DNA of 63,677 nucleotides, the filler included, from Hausera hauseri (lineage: Eukaryota): assembly GCA_046269625.1 (NCBI GenBank). It is 11 parts of 11 records of this genome, joined end to end, with 100 filler letters (N's around TTAATTAATTAA, not from the genome) between each part and the next. Parts side by side here need not be neighbours in the genome. Positions count along the whole stretch, not along the records: positions 23,336 to 27,284 come from JBJURY010865186.1; positions 27,385 to 33,927 come from JBJURY010088877.1; positions 34,028 to 44,062 come from JBJURY010251069.1; 8 more parts are not named here. One strand, 5' to 3'. The translations under genes and the position numbers were made by a program. Below are positions 26,754-38,713 of the stretch, one piece after another; the first letter of the stretch is position 1; the number at the start of each line of letters is the position of its first letter. The notes under the pieces were generated by a model, which made no database searches, was not told the origin of the DNA, and saw only the letters and a program-made list of their open reading frames with translations.

Positions 26754-27203
26754 ATGTTAGCTAATATCAACTATCGCGGAGATGTTACCGAGTGTGACAT
26801 TAACAAACTACCTTTTGATAAATGGAAGCCGAGGCAGTAGGTACTCAAATGTAAGCCGGATTTTACATGTATCATATTTCAATCGGGAAAGTGTCGTATT
26901 ATGGGTTGTCGCAAACCAATCACAGCTGACAGTAACAGTAAGCTACTGCGATTCGGAATTGTCATTGACAAAATCCAATAAATAAGGGTAACTACTCAGT
27001 TAGACTACCAAACAATCAATCTGTACAAATTAGCAATGGCCACTGAATGCACGTATGAACCCGATCTGTTTCCTGCACTGAGACTTACATCTTTTCGCCC
27101 ACTTTGTGTCAATTTGTTTAGCAGTGGAAAAATTGTTGTACTCGGTATTCGGACAGTGGACTACGAACCGATTATTAATGAAATTAAAAACCATATGTTT
27201 TAG
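26754..27203 (+). pseudogene. Divergent TATA-binding protein (TBP)-like gene, 149 codons, two in-frame stops
   Basis: One frame from ATG 26754 to TAG 27203: MLANINYRG..TCIIFQSGKCRIMGCR..KIQ*IRVT..INLYKL..YEPDLFPAL..VNLFSSGKIVVLGIR. Both TBP repeat signatures (FxSGKxxxxG) and the YEPELFP-like motif are present; stops at 26838 and 26979. Confidence 0.85.
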
Positions 27204-28157
27204 TGAATCGAAATAATGTACATTGCGTAACAAACTATAAATACAAATCCCATGGTCATTCAGACATTACTGCCATAAACGCCGNNNNNNNNNNNNNNNN
27301 NNNNNNNNNNNNNNNNNNNNNNNNNNNNTTAATTAATTAANNNNNNNNNNNNNNNNNNNNNNNNNNNNNNNNNNNNNNNNNNNNCTCATGTTTTATGGAT
27401 CACAATTTCTATGATCGAATAATTTGATCGAATTCTTGAAGATCAATTTCTATAAAAAATAGTATCAAATCAACTGAAATAATATGACAGATATCCACAT
27501 GTGGGTTTTGTTGGTATAGGAAATAAGTATTGACCGAATTGGAACACCGTTTTGATGATATACATTGAGAATAGAGGTACAGATGGAAGAATTAAATTTA
27601 TCATTAAATTTCTTAGCCCATGTCTAGGTCGTGTTTATTCTTTTATTTTGAACAGCAGTAAGAGTCATATCAAGAAATGATGATGACATTGTTGTCACAT
27701 TTTAACGAGGTTCAATCAAAAAATCAGTGGCCAAAATAATTCCGTAAATGTAAAAAAAATAATTTGTACTGATATTAATTATGAAGAATGGATGTCGCCT
27801 TAAATTACAAAATATCTGTAAGTCGTTTATCATAAAAATACGAAACAGAAAAGTGAGAGTTATTGTTGCAAGTCGTCCATTAATTGATTTCATTCCGCTG
27901 CTTAAATCCTCGAGTCGGAATTTTGTTGTAAGCGTTGTGTTGTGCGAAGATGAGTCAGAAAGAAGAGAAGAAGAAGATGAAGGAGGAAGAGAGGTTGTTG
28001 GAGACAGACGGTTGAAGGTGTTCAAGAGAGTGTTGGAAGGCAAAGGAATAAAAAGAGGTGTAGTGGCGGATGAAGGAGGAGAGACGAAAAGTGACATAGA
28101 AATTGAAATGGTATTAGATGAAAGAGTAGAAGTAGAGGATGAAACAGAGGTAGTAGT

Positions 28158-28723
28158 TGTGAGTTTTCGTGTTAGTCGTATCCGGCGGACTATCGAACGT
28201 TTCGTTGGATTTAACCGTATCAGAATTCTGAAAATACACACGAGTCTGTCGACACGTTACATCAACATCATGACTCTCAATTTCATATTACACTGAGTTG
28301 CCCATAATTTCAATTTGAATTTTGTCGCCAATGCTACCTAATCGTTCAAAAATAATATCACCTGATGGATCGGTAATTGTAATAAAGTGTCCATCTTCTT
28401 GGCGATATTCAGTAAAGACGTACAAATCACCAGGAATATCATTATCATTCGTTTCGGCGTCTGAAAAATATTTTTTAGATTGACCCTTCTTCACATACAA
28501 TGGCACGATAGCACGTGGACTTGATTCTCCAGAAAAACCAACTTTTGTATAAATTGATCCGATATCAAATATAGCAGCACTTCGGTAACTGATATTAGAA
28601 AAAGAAAAATCGTACGGCATTGGATGTTTGTAAAATCCACAAAAATATTTATTTATTTTTTAATATTCAAAAAAACAGAGTTTTTATCAACAAATCACCC
28701 ATTGGGTGAATGTGGACACCACA
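28158..28723 (-). mobile_element. 566-bp insertion with LTR-type termini (TGTG...CACA) and 5-bp TSD GTAGT, nested in the Gypsy tail
   Basis: GTAGT at 28153-28157 and 28724-28728; the empty site is seen in the sister copy near 9425-9440. Confidence 0.8.
28288..28620 (-). CDS. Chimeric ORF with actin-related protein (ACTR10/Arp11-like) N-terminus
   Basis: MPYDF..SAAIFDIGSIYTKVGFSGESSPRAIVP is the actin-family phosphate-1 motif (DxGxxxxKxGFxGExxP); the rest is unrelated to actin. Confidence 0.65.
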   Translation of the reverse strand: MPYDFSFSNISYRSAAIFDIGSIYTKVGFSGESSPRAIVPLYVKKGQSKKYFSDAETNDNDIPGDLYVFTEYRQEDGHFITITDPSGDIIFERLGSIGDKIQIEIMGNSV

Positions 28724-29348
28724 GTAGTAGAGAGAGGAAGAAAGATAGGGATAAGAGTAGAGAGGGAAGGAAGTTGTGAAGCGGAGATGAAAGGAGTAAA
28801 AGACGATGTGTGAGGAGAGAGGGAGGAAGCGAGCACCGAAGATAAGGAAGGTGTGGAAGGAGAAAGAGAGAGAGAAGACGGTGAAGAGGGACAAAACGGA
28901 AGAGAGCAAGAAGATAGAGAAATTGGTGAAGTCAAAATGGTGTTTGGCGGAGGAGGTCTTGTAAAAGGAGAAAGCAGGTTGTCACCAGGGAATGGAGGAG
29001 ATGTTAATAGGCTTGAAGGTGGAGAATCGTATGTGGAAAAGGGGGATGAAATATAAGAAAAAGTTGAAGTAGAAGTCTTGGGAGAAAACGTAGGCAAAGT
29101 GGATTAAAAAATTGAGCAAAGATGGGAGGTGAATTTTTGGATTGCTGTGCGTTGTATAAAGATGTTGGTGGAGAAGTTGTTTCGATAGGAGCCGTATCGT
29201 CAATGAAGAAAGCCGGCTTAGCGTTGTTGATGTGGACTGTTACTTCTTTGCCGTCCTTGAGAATGATGATGTTGTAAGAGTGTAAACGAATTACTTTGGA
29301 AGGGCCAACATACTGAGGTTAAAAACCACACGACGTCTGATTCTTTAG

Positions 29349-30200
29349 TCATACGAACTTGGCAGTATATAAATCGTCGAGTACGTATGGTTTATTTCCG
29401 TGTAACGGTCTACAAAATAAGTCTTTGCTGATTGCAATGAAGTGTCTCTGGGCCGCTTGTATTGCTTCGTCTGTAGGAATATTGGCCAGCTCAGCCAGTT
29501 CGAATAATGGTCTGATAGAAGTACAAAATAATGCTTCTGCAGGCGCGTAGCCTGTAGAAGTAGATGGTGTGTTCCTCCAGCCAAGCAGAACGTACGGAAG
29601 GAGTGTGGTCCAATTGCGATTGGACTCAGCAAGGATTTTAAGAGACGTTTTCATCGTTCGGTGAAAGCGTTTGAGACGGCCATTCGATTGAGGATGGTAT
29701 GGTGACGTATGAATGTGGTTAATTCCCAGTCTATTGACAAGAGCTTTAAACAGGTTGGATTCGAATTGTGGATCTTGGTCCGAAATGATGTAGCGAGGTA
29801 ATCCAAACCTGTTGATCCAAGTGCGGATGAAAATGTCTGCGATTGTTTCTGTGTTGGTGCTCCGAAGCGGGACAGCCTCTGGCCATCGCGAGGAACGGTC
29901 CATCAATATGAGAATGAACTGATGGCCGTTGTCTAAGAGTAGTGGGCCTACAAGGTCAATGTGAACGGATTCAAAACGAGACGTGCAGGGAAAATGATAC
30001 AGTGGTGACTTTAAGTGCTTAGTAACTTTGTATTTTAGGCATGCCACACACTGCCTAATCCATGCCTGCACGTCAGAACGCATCGACGGTTATACTACTT
30101 GGCGTTGTAAGAGACGAAAAGTGGCTTTGGCACCGGGATGGTTCAACGAATGGATGTTGTTGACTTTAGGATTATTAGGTTTGGAGGTGTCAAAGGCCAC
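29349..30200 (-). pseudogene. Gypsy integrase
   Basis: H..HPG..CVAC zinc-binding domain, DLVGP, SDQ; third catalytic residue mutated (LKRFHR). Confidence 0.9.
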
Positions 30201-32324
30201 ACCGTCGATGGTTTTGCACGATGTAAAAGACTTAAGAATGTCTGGAGGTGGTTGGTTTTGTTAAAGTTTGGATTGAGAAAAAATTGGTGTAAAATCGGTC
30301 GAGCTGACCGATCGGGACAAAAAGTCAGCTACTAAATTGTCGACTCTGTTTAGGTGCTTAATTTCAAAATTAAATGTGGACAAATACGATATTTGCCTCT
30401 CCTGACGTGTTGAAGGCGATTTCATGGTAAGAATTTGAAGCAATGGCTTTTGGTCTGTTTGTATTGTAAAGGTTTGTGCGGTTAGCAGATGCTTAAAGTG
30501 TTTTACGGCAAGGACTATTGCAAGCAACTCTCGGCCAAAGGTTGAATATCTTTGCTCTTGTGCCGTGAATTTTCGAGAGAAGAATTCTAATGGCTCATGG
30601 AATCCATTTTTAACTTGATGGAGGACAGCACCTGCAGCTGTTATGGATGCATCTGTGTTTAAGAAGAGTTCTGCATGGGAGTCGGGATAAGCCAAAATTT
30701 CCACGGATTTTAGATTATCTTTGAGGTGATCGAAAGCGTTGACTAGCTTGGCGGTCCATTAAATAGGCTGTTTATTCTTGCCAGAGCTTAGTGATGCAAA
30801 TAGAGCGGTTAGAGTGGAGCAGTGTGGAATATAATTATGAATAAAGTGCAAGGTTCCGAGGAAAGAACGCATCTCTGTTGATGCATGTGGTAGCTGTATA
30901 TTTTTGAGCTGTATGGTGCACTCTGGCTGAGGTGAATGTCCGGAGGAGCTAATAACATGTCCTAGGAATTTGACCTTATGTTGAAAAAAGTGCATTTGGA
31001 GAAATTAATTTGCAAGTTGTTTTGGTGCAAGGGTTGGAAGATTAAACCTAAGTGCTCGGAGTGTTGTTTCGAGGAAGATGATGCAATTATGATATCATCG
31101 ATATAGGGTTAAGCAATGTCTAAACCTGATAGAACTGTATCAATATGCCTTGGGAAAGTCTTGAAAGCGCTGTGGAGTCCAAAAGGCATGAAATGTATTC
31201 GAAAAGGCCGAAAGGTGTAATGACAGCCGTTTACGGAATGTCTTCTGGGGCCACCGGAATTTGGTGGTATGCTTTGTGCAAATCAATGCAGGATAAAATG
31301 GTCGAACCATAGAGCCTGTGAAGAATATTATTGATTAATGGTAAAGGGTAGGCATCCATTGTTGTTATGATGTTGAGTTGGCGGTAAACACCGCATGGGC
31401 GAAAGGTACTATCTTTTTGGGAGCCACATGTAGTGATGAAGACCACGGAGATTTGGATCTTCTGATTATTCCTGATCTTTCCAGTTCGAGAAACTCAGCC
31501 TCCACTGTCTGTCTGCGACGAGGCGATAGCGGGCGGACCTTTTGACGTATGGGTCGTTGATGCGCTGTTACTATGTGATGGAAGGTGGATTTAGGTGGTA
31601 CGAATGATTTGTCCTTTTGCAACAGACGTGTGCAGGAAAACGAAATATATTGCTGTATGTCAGAGAGCAACGATGAAAATTTTTTGATGTTGTCGATGTA
31701 TCGTGATTGGATGCAGTTGATGTATGAGCTGTAGACGAGGTGTTGTGACAAGGTGGTATTAGGTGCAGGATGTTCGTGTTGAAGATGATGTTGGCAGCTG
31801 TTGTATCAGTAATAGGTGCCACGCAGTTGGCAATATCGTATTCGTTGCAGTAATAAAAATTTCTATATAATAAATGATTATAAAAATAATTCAAATCGGA
31901 AGTCGTTTTCTTTAGTATTGACTTGCTGGAATCGATCGCCCGGGTGGTCACCGAAATGCTGATAATTTGATTAAAGTTATTTCCGCTCTTTAAGGAACAT
32001 CGTTTACATTATACAAGTAAATTGTAGTACGGCAGAAAGTCTGAACCCAACATAGGTGTGCGTACATTGGCTATTGTAAATTTCCATGTGAATGTAGTTG
32101 GAAAGTGTGGAAGAGTGAACGTTAATATGGTAACTCAAAAAATTTGTAAAGGTTCATTGGACGCAATGAACAGTTGCTTTTTTGAAGTAAAATTATTTTG
32201 GATGTGTTGTGTTGGTGGCAGTAAGGAGATTGCTGCGCCGGTGTCTATGAGAAAATTAATGTTTTGCTTTGTTGGAGTGACGACTGCTAATTCCAACGTG
32301 AATACAGCAAAAGAAATGTGTCGG

Positions 32325-33220
32325 CTATCTTTTTGCAGGTTGTTGCCTTTGCTGGAACTCGTCGTGTTTCCCAGCGGCGAAATCAGTTTTTGTAGCTGGT
32401 AAGTTTGGCCTACTATTTTGTGTGGGTTTAATAGTGTTGATTTTATTGTGCGTGTTGTAGTTACAGCCAGTTAGGCATTTCTGTGCTTTTGTTCCAAATT
32501 TTGCGTCATAGATGCAAACGATGTTGCTTGTACTAAAATCGGAGGCGTAAAATTTACAACCGATGCAGCATTTCTGAGCATTGTTACCAAATGTATTGTG
32601 ATAGTAGCAACTAGACGACAGCGTGGGCGAAGGCGACCGTCTTTGTCGTTGATGAAATACATTAGGGGAAGCAGCCCTAGAAAAACCTCGTCGAGGCAGC
32701 GTTAACTCATTTAATTTCTTGTTTATGTTTTTAATTGTTTTTTGCAAAATTTCGTTGTCTGTGCGTAATTGCACAATTTGTTGCTGCAGCATTGCATTTT
32801 GTTGTTGGTGGTTTGTTGTTAATGCCGCAGAGGCAGTTGGTGCTGTGTGTGAGTGCAACACTTCATAGGCTTTGTCCGCCAGTTCGGCTAACTTTTTCAG
32901 TGCCGTGGAGTCTTCGACCGCAGTAAGCAAAGCTCTTATATGAAGGGGAAATGCGTTTAAAAAGTAACGACAAAGAAGTTCTGGACTATGCTCAGATGTT
33001 ACGCCAAGGATATTGAGGTGAGACAAAGATGTGCGCAAGAATTCAGAAGGCTTCGGAAGGACCATGGCGTTGTCATTGAAGAACCTTTGAATGATCGAGT
33101 CGGTTGACGGCTCAGTGAGCTTAAGAACAGAATTATAAAGTTGAGCATATGGATCGGTGTGGTGAAGGATGTCGATGATGTTTGTAATTTTGGTTTTGAT
33201 GATTTTTAACTTTGTACTAT
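32325..33220 (-). pseudogene. gag: Gypsy gag, 5' truncated, duplicated CHCC-like motif
   Basis: CYYHNTFGNNAQKCCIGC followed by CIYDAKFGTKAQKCLTGC. Confidence 0.82.
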
Positions 33221-33227
33221 AGATTAT

Positions 33228-33602
33228 GTGACTAAGCCAGATAAGAAAGTATTCTATTGTCCAAAATGTGACTATACATCGTTCGTCTCTCATTATGACG
33301 TTCGAAAACACTTGTTCAACATTCACTTCAATTGTTCTTGGAAATTTGCATTGTTCGTGATGAAATTTGTGAGTTCCAAAACAGTAATTACGAAATTGCC
33401 TTTGACTAGCAAATTGAATGAAAAATATGGAGTAAAAAAAGAATCGGTCTGTGTACCAGAAAGTAAGAAGAGGAAAGTAGATATATGTGACAAATGGAAC
33501 AATATGAAAATGTCGCACGACCAGTCAGAAGTTCTTTATCAAGGAAACAAGTTTTTACATACCAATAACAGTTCTTTTGAAGTAGCAGTAAGAGTGGATT
33601 GA
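33228..33602 (+). CDS. C2H2 zinc-finger-containing ORF or exon fragment
   Basis: FYCPKCDYTSFVSHYDVRKHLFNIH. Confidence 0.5.
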   Translation: MTKPDKKVFYCPKCDYTSFVSHYDVRKHLFNIHFNCSWKFALFVMKFVSSKTVITKLPLTSKLNEKYGVKKESVCVPESKKRKVDICDKWNNMKMSHDQSEVLYQGNKFLHTNNSSFEVAVRVD

Positions 33603-35276
33603 TGAAAAATTTTTGGCGAATAAATTTTTATTTTTCTGATTGTTTTAAAATAAATTATTTTCTTATTAGTTTTATATTTATTTGAAATTACCTTTTTTGA
33701 AATTGATTTCTAATTTCGGTTTCTGTAAGTTTCCTGAACTAAAAAGTATTCACGTCATATTTTGAGTAAGTGTGTTGTCGTTCTGTAATGCCAAAATAGA
33801 AATGTGATTAATAAACCTTTCAAGGAAACGGATTTTACTGTAAATCGGGAATTTTTATAACATGTGCGTGTAAAATATAATGCTGATTAATAATATGACA
33901 AAAGTTTAATTAAATTAATTTAATTAANNNNNNNNNNNNNNNNNNNNNNNNNNNNNNNNNNNNNNNNNNNNTTAATTAATTAANNNNNNNNNNNNNNNNN
34001 NNNNNNNNNNNNNNNNNNNNNNNNNNNCCCGTGTTGTTTCCTTACTGTTGCATCACCTGATGTTATCCTTTCTGTACAGCAAGGATGGAGTTGCCTCTCC
34101 ATTTCCACATTGTCTGCTTGCCTGGGCTAACAATATGGAGGAAGTGCCATGCCCACGTTGCACTACCCCCCTCTTACATAAAAACATAAATATATAATCA
34201 TCGATAACAATGGCATGACACTACGTCTGTGAATTTGTTACTGGTCTTCGCCTTAGTGTCACAGTTCACAGTTTACGAACTCTTTACAAGATATCACACT
34301 CGTTCCGGAAGTTCATAGCCCTTTTCCGCTCGCGCTGTGCATGACTATAATTTTTGTTTGTTTGTTTGTCTTCTTTGACATTGGCAATATTTTTTAAGCT
34401 CAAATCATGAATCCAAAATTTTGTTTCCTGTACGAAATCTCGTATTCTGAGGACTCTAGCACTTATTACAGGATAATTTGGGAGAGGAGTATAAATTTGA
34501 TTTTAGAAAATAAAAGTGAAAAAATATATCCTGTAATATTTCCAAGGAAGGTCCGTTCAATACGGGGTTTCGTACATAGGGTTTCATAGGTAGGACTATA
34601 TAGCAATTAGTAATAGTTTTAGTGACAACGGGCATAAAGATAGAAAAAGAGGGTGTTTAAAATACAAAAGGAAAGCAGTTTCATTGTAAGAGGGAAGCAG
34701 GTGGATGTGAGAGAAGGAGTGATTACGTACAAAGAGATAGAGACAAAAACAGGTTAAAGAAAATAAAGGTTCATGTTAAGACAGGTGAAAGATTGTTCAG
34801 TTTATGAAAGCGGCGAGCATTCTTCTCGGAGGAGCAGTATCTTATAGTGGTCACTACTCTTGATTTATTTAGGTTAGTTTAGAATTCAGAAATGATGGCC
34901 CGACGTTTAGTAGTACCCAAACCCCTAACCCCCACATACTTTGTCACTAACCAACAGAGCTCGTTTTTGATTTTCACGCAGAGTTTTTTGTCGTTTTGCG
35001 AGGAATACTTGTGTGTATGTAAGTTTGTGTATGGGTAAGTTTGTGTATCTACGAATGTATCTGTGCGTGTATGTACGTACATACAAGCATTTCAAGCGTT
35101 TGCTGTTTTTTCGCGTTACGTCATATTCACTTTTTCGCAGAAAAATGACTAAATGTGATGAGCAGCTAAAATAAAACGCAGACAAACTTTAAGTATTAAG
35201 GGATATAATAGAAAACTAGTGCAGTAACAATGTAAAGTGCACTAAAGGATAATGGAATAGTGAAAACAAATAAAAT

Positions 35277-35544
35277 ATGGGTGGTGGAGTCTTACGAGGT
35301 TGGCGAAAAGAAAAAAAGATAACGACTGTTTAGAGCAACAAGATCTTCATCAGACACATCAAACGCAGAAGACATAACACACACTCACGCTACAACAACA
35401 TCATGACTTTACACTCGCGATGTAGTTGTAGTGTGTGTTGTCTGTTATGCTTTCTGTGTTTGATGTGTCTAATGAAGACCTTTTTGGTCTAAACAATCGT
35501 TGCTTCTTTTCTTTTCGCCAACCTCGTAAGACTCCACCACCCAT
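35277..35544. repeat. 268-bp hairpin (perfect outer inverted repeat of about 38 bp)
   Basis: ATGGGTGGTGGAGTCTTACGAGGTTGGCGAAAAGAAAA and its exact complement; imperfect pairing continues inward. Confidence 0.9.
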
Positions 35545-35859
35545 GTTTTTTTTTTTTCACTCCTTCGTATTTATGTCTCGAAAAATCTAATTCTAATGCG
35601 TACTGATTGTAATTTCAAATATTTTTGCTTCTTCTTCGTACGCCTTCATCACCTACATGACAGGGGAGTGTAACTATGGTGGACGAGTGACGGACGACTG
35701 GGATAGAGTTGCCTCTTGACAATCCTGGGAGACTTCTACAGTGAGAATCTTATTATGGACACAAATTACTACCATTTACCACTGAGGACAAACTATGAAA
35801 ACTGTGTTAAATTTATTAAGGCAGGTCGATAAATTTGATATTTGTTATGTTTAAGGTAA

Positions 35860-35990
35860 TGAATCCCCGCTTTGACGGGTTGAATTTTTCTGATGAAAAC
35901 GGCTCCACAGGTCCACCCAGCATCAAAAAATGGGTACCGGAGAAATTCTGTGGGAAAGTAAAGGTGACCAGGCATTGGGCTGACTACATA
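35860..35990 (+). mobile_element. SINE remnant with Nin/Deu-like central domain
   Basis: GTCCACCCAGC..AAAATGGGTACC motif. Confidence 0.45.
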
Positions 35991-36469
35991 CACACTGTTA
36001 ATCAGTGAGAAATATGGACACTAACTCCACATTCCCTTATATCTTTACAGTGTGAATGTGTTTCCTTTACTTACTAGATAATTAAGGTATGCCTGCTTGT
36101 TTAGGTAAAATTCACATATTTAGTATTTACCCAGTCATTTGGGGTTTTGGTATCCAGGCACAAGTGAAAACATTGAGCCAGGTTGGTTTTCGTGTTTGAT
36201 TGACACATGATCTCTAATGGGCGAGTCCTACAGAGGTCAGGTGTTTTCATGAAAATATTTTGAAGAGTATATTAGAGAATATACAAATGTTACCTGCTGT
36301 TCCAGTTTTTCATCTAAAAGTTTAGTTTAATCAAAAAGTCAACATCTTTACGCACGCAAATAAGTGTTTGTACTCTCCATTCTGGAGGATCTCAGCTCAG
36401 TGCACATACTCCAATGCAACAGGAAGGACCCTATAGGTTGGTTAGATTTTTCCATGAAATTTGTCAGGT

Positions 36470-36688
36470 CCTCGGCTGTTAGGCTTATTCTTTTTCGATT
36501 TCCAACTGCCAAGGGATTTTTAACATGCACAGCAATGTCCACGGACGTCCAGTCGCACTAGCCAGAGATCGGGGGAATTTTATTTTACTAGAAGATGCAG
36601 GGAAAAAAATCCTAAGTTTTTCCATTGGGATTTGAACCCCACACCTCTAGCACTCAAGCAGACATCTTACCTTGAGCCACTGAGCCGC
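36470..36688 (-). mobile_element. tRNA-derived SINE (Meta-domain-like); related partial copy at about 39864-39960 (+)
   Basis: tRNA-like head with A box TGGCTCAAGGTAA and B box GGTTCAAATCC, then GGACGTCCGTG..GTGCA[TC]GTTAAAAAT.CCTTGGCAG shared by both copies. Confidence 0.65.
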
Positions 36689-38039
36689 TTTTTTAAAATT
36701 TAGCTTCAGTGTGCACTGAAGTTGAGGGCAATGCTTGGCTTCCTAGAAGTGGTTTCCCCCACTTTGCTTGAGATGATACAAATCATTTCCCCATTAGCTG
36801 GCAGCTTTCCTCTTCATTGCCGAAGAGGCATGGCATCTTGACTGATCATCAGCTCAATCACTGTGTAAGACAAACCTACTATGGATCCATGAGAACCTTC
36901 ACAATACTAAACAGGTGGGCACCATTTTATGCATGGGAAGGGTAAGGACAGCAGGTGATATATGTGCATAAGTAGTTAGTCACTTAGTTAGTTAGTTAAC
37001 AGATCATCATCATTGCATGCAGAATAAGTCCATACGTGCTTCGACCTCCTTCTAAGTAGCTCCCATTGCACACGACGACCAACAGTTCCAGTTCTGTGTT
37101 GATTAACCAAACATCTGGTACCTCCAGCATCGCACTCATATCTCACCACTCCTTGCATCACCACAAGTTCATACATTCTAGAGAGGGACACAGACTCTGA
37201 CTCTTTAGCAAAATCCTCCTTCCGGCCGATATTGCGGAGGGCATTCAAAATGTCAGCTCAGTCCATGACTCTGCCACTCTTGATAGTAACAGTGCTCACC
37301 AGTTTGTCTGCTCGTTATGCATAAGTAAAATCAGTGCAAGAACAGAAAAATCAAAACTAGGCTTCAGCAGCATGAAAATGGTCGTTACCTAACTGTGACC
37401 AAAAAAAGTGCCAAGTGTTTAATCATGCCATTACTGCTTTACATGTGTGATACATGGACAGTAAACAAACAAATGGAAAAACAGCTGGAAGCTGTTGGAA
37501 TGGGGTTTTAGAGAAAAGTAGCAAGAGATTTCCTTATTGGCAAAGAAAACAAAAAAAGATAAGTCTGCATGAAAGTTGGAGAATATTGACATATGAAAAA
37601 AAGGCAGTCAGAGATCTTAGGCATGTGATTAAAAAGTAGCAGCTGGAGCGTTGAGAAGAGGAGGTAAACAAAAGGAAACATTTTCCACAATGATTCCTCT
37701 TCTCCTTACAATAGCTTTTCCATCACCTACTTCAATGTATCTAGACAAGTGCCTCTAATCACCCTGTTTACTGTATAACTCAAATAAGAGAGCTGATTAG
37801 AGGAACTAAGTATGGCACTTTGTGGAGAGGAATGATTACCCATACCTTGGCACTTATGTTGTTGTTATTGTATGTTGGTGCCTGGCCCTGACGAGATCTC
37901 GAAGCGATCTCACTTCTCACCGTCCCATGCAAAGATATAAAGAGCTATCAAGAAAACATTACATACCAGAGACAAGAATGCCAACAATATCTGTACCTTA
38001 TCTTCTATCTACACAGAACTGAGAAAACCAACAATACGC

Positions 38040-38150
38040 ACAAATCTTCGCTGCCCAGCAGATAAGAGCGTCCTGCCTACACTCGCATTGGAAACCATCT
38101 ACAAATACAAAGGTTTTATCCATGTTTACACAGACGGGTCAGCCTTTAAC
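38040..38150 (+). pseudogene. Non-LTR retrotransposon RNase H start (remnant)
   Basis: LALETI...FIHVYTDGSA. Confidence 0.5.
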
Positions 38151-38539
38151 CATCCATAAAGCTCTGATAAAAATATTCGAGCAATTTGAATCCAACGGAA
38201 CGACACCAAATGATTTTGTTGTCTTTTGTGGTCTTCGCCTTTTTTACATTTCTGCCCTAGGTAACAAAATAATGTCATCCCAGCATGTCCTGTCACAAAG
38301 ATGACAGTTAAACTACCAAGCGTTGGCCTTGTAAAGAAGTTGAGCCAGTGCTTGCACACAACACCAGTCTCATTTTTTCTCAACATGCTTATGGAGTCAC
38401 TCTACGACTCAAAACTGCGCCAATACCTTCATCACAGCCATAACCTCCATCATAAAAACTGGTGTAATGTACTACGTGTGGAAAGTGTCAAAATAAGAAC
38501 AGAGTCATCCATAATACAGCTCGTGTAGCTGACCTATGC

Positions 38540-38713
38540 CCCACAAAGGGGTCGCAGGAATAAGTAAGAAGAAACAATGAGAGGATAATATCAAGAAATG
38601 GAAGGACCTGGCATCAGCATATCACAGAACACAGCAAATAACTAAGACGAATGGAGAAAAGTTGTGAATTTTCCCCAACGACTACCACAGGTTATGGGAT
38701 CGATGATGATGAT
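38540..38713 (+). mobile_element. RTE LINE 3' end remnant with (GAT)n tail
   Basis: KKQ*EDNIKKW..EWRKVV..PQR followed by GATGATGATGAT. Confidence 0.55.

Larger units (their letters stand above)
23336..27284. mobile_element. Polinton/Maverick remnant (penton, integrase, small core proteins, ATPase on minus; TBP-like gene on plus)
   Basis: Four hallmark genes collinear on the minus strand. Confidence 0.9.
27895..33220 (-). mobile_element. Degenerate Gypsy element (CsRn1/kabuki-like): gag-PR-RT-RH-IN-Ser/Pro tail, both ends truncated
   Basis: gag with KPSEFLR, LAELADK and CYYHNTFGNNAQKCCIGC (CHCC-type); FLIDTGAAISL; DLHKAYHQIPV; YIDDI; TDAS..RYSTFGRELLA; HIDLVGPL..SDQ..PYHPQSNG. Confidence 0.93.

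Noticed and set aside
32366-32372. GGGAAAC as a gag-pol -1 slippery site
   Set aside because: In this copy the frames are the wrong way round for a -1 shift; cannot be supported without a consensus
33221-33518. N-terminal ~100 aa of the 397-aa gag ORF
   Set aside because: It is the antisense of the zinc-finger fragment; gag similarity begins only below about 33220
36620-36688. Functional tRNA gene
   Set aside because: A and B boxes are present but there is no proper acceptor stem, and it continues into a SINE body
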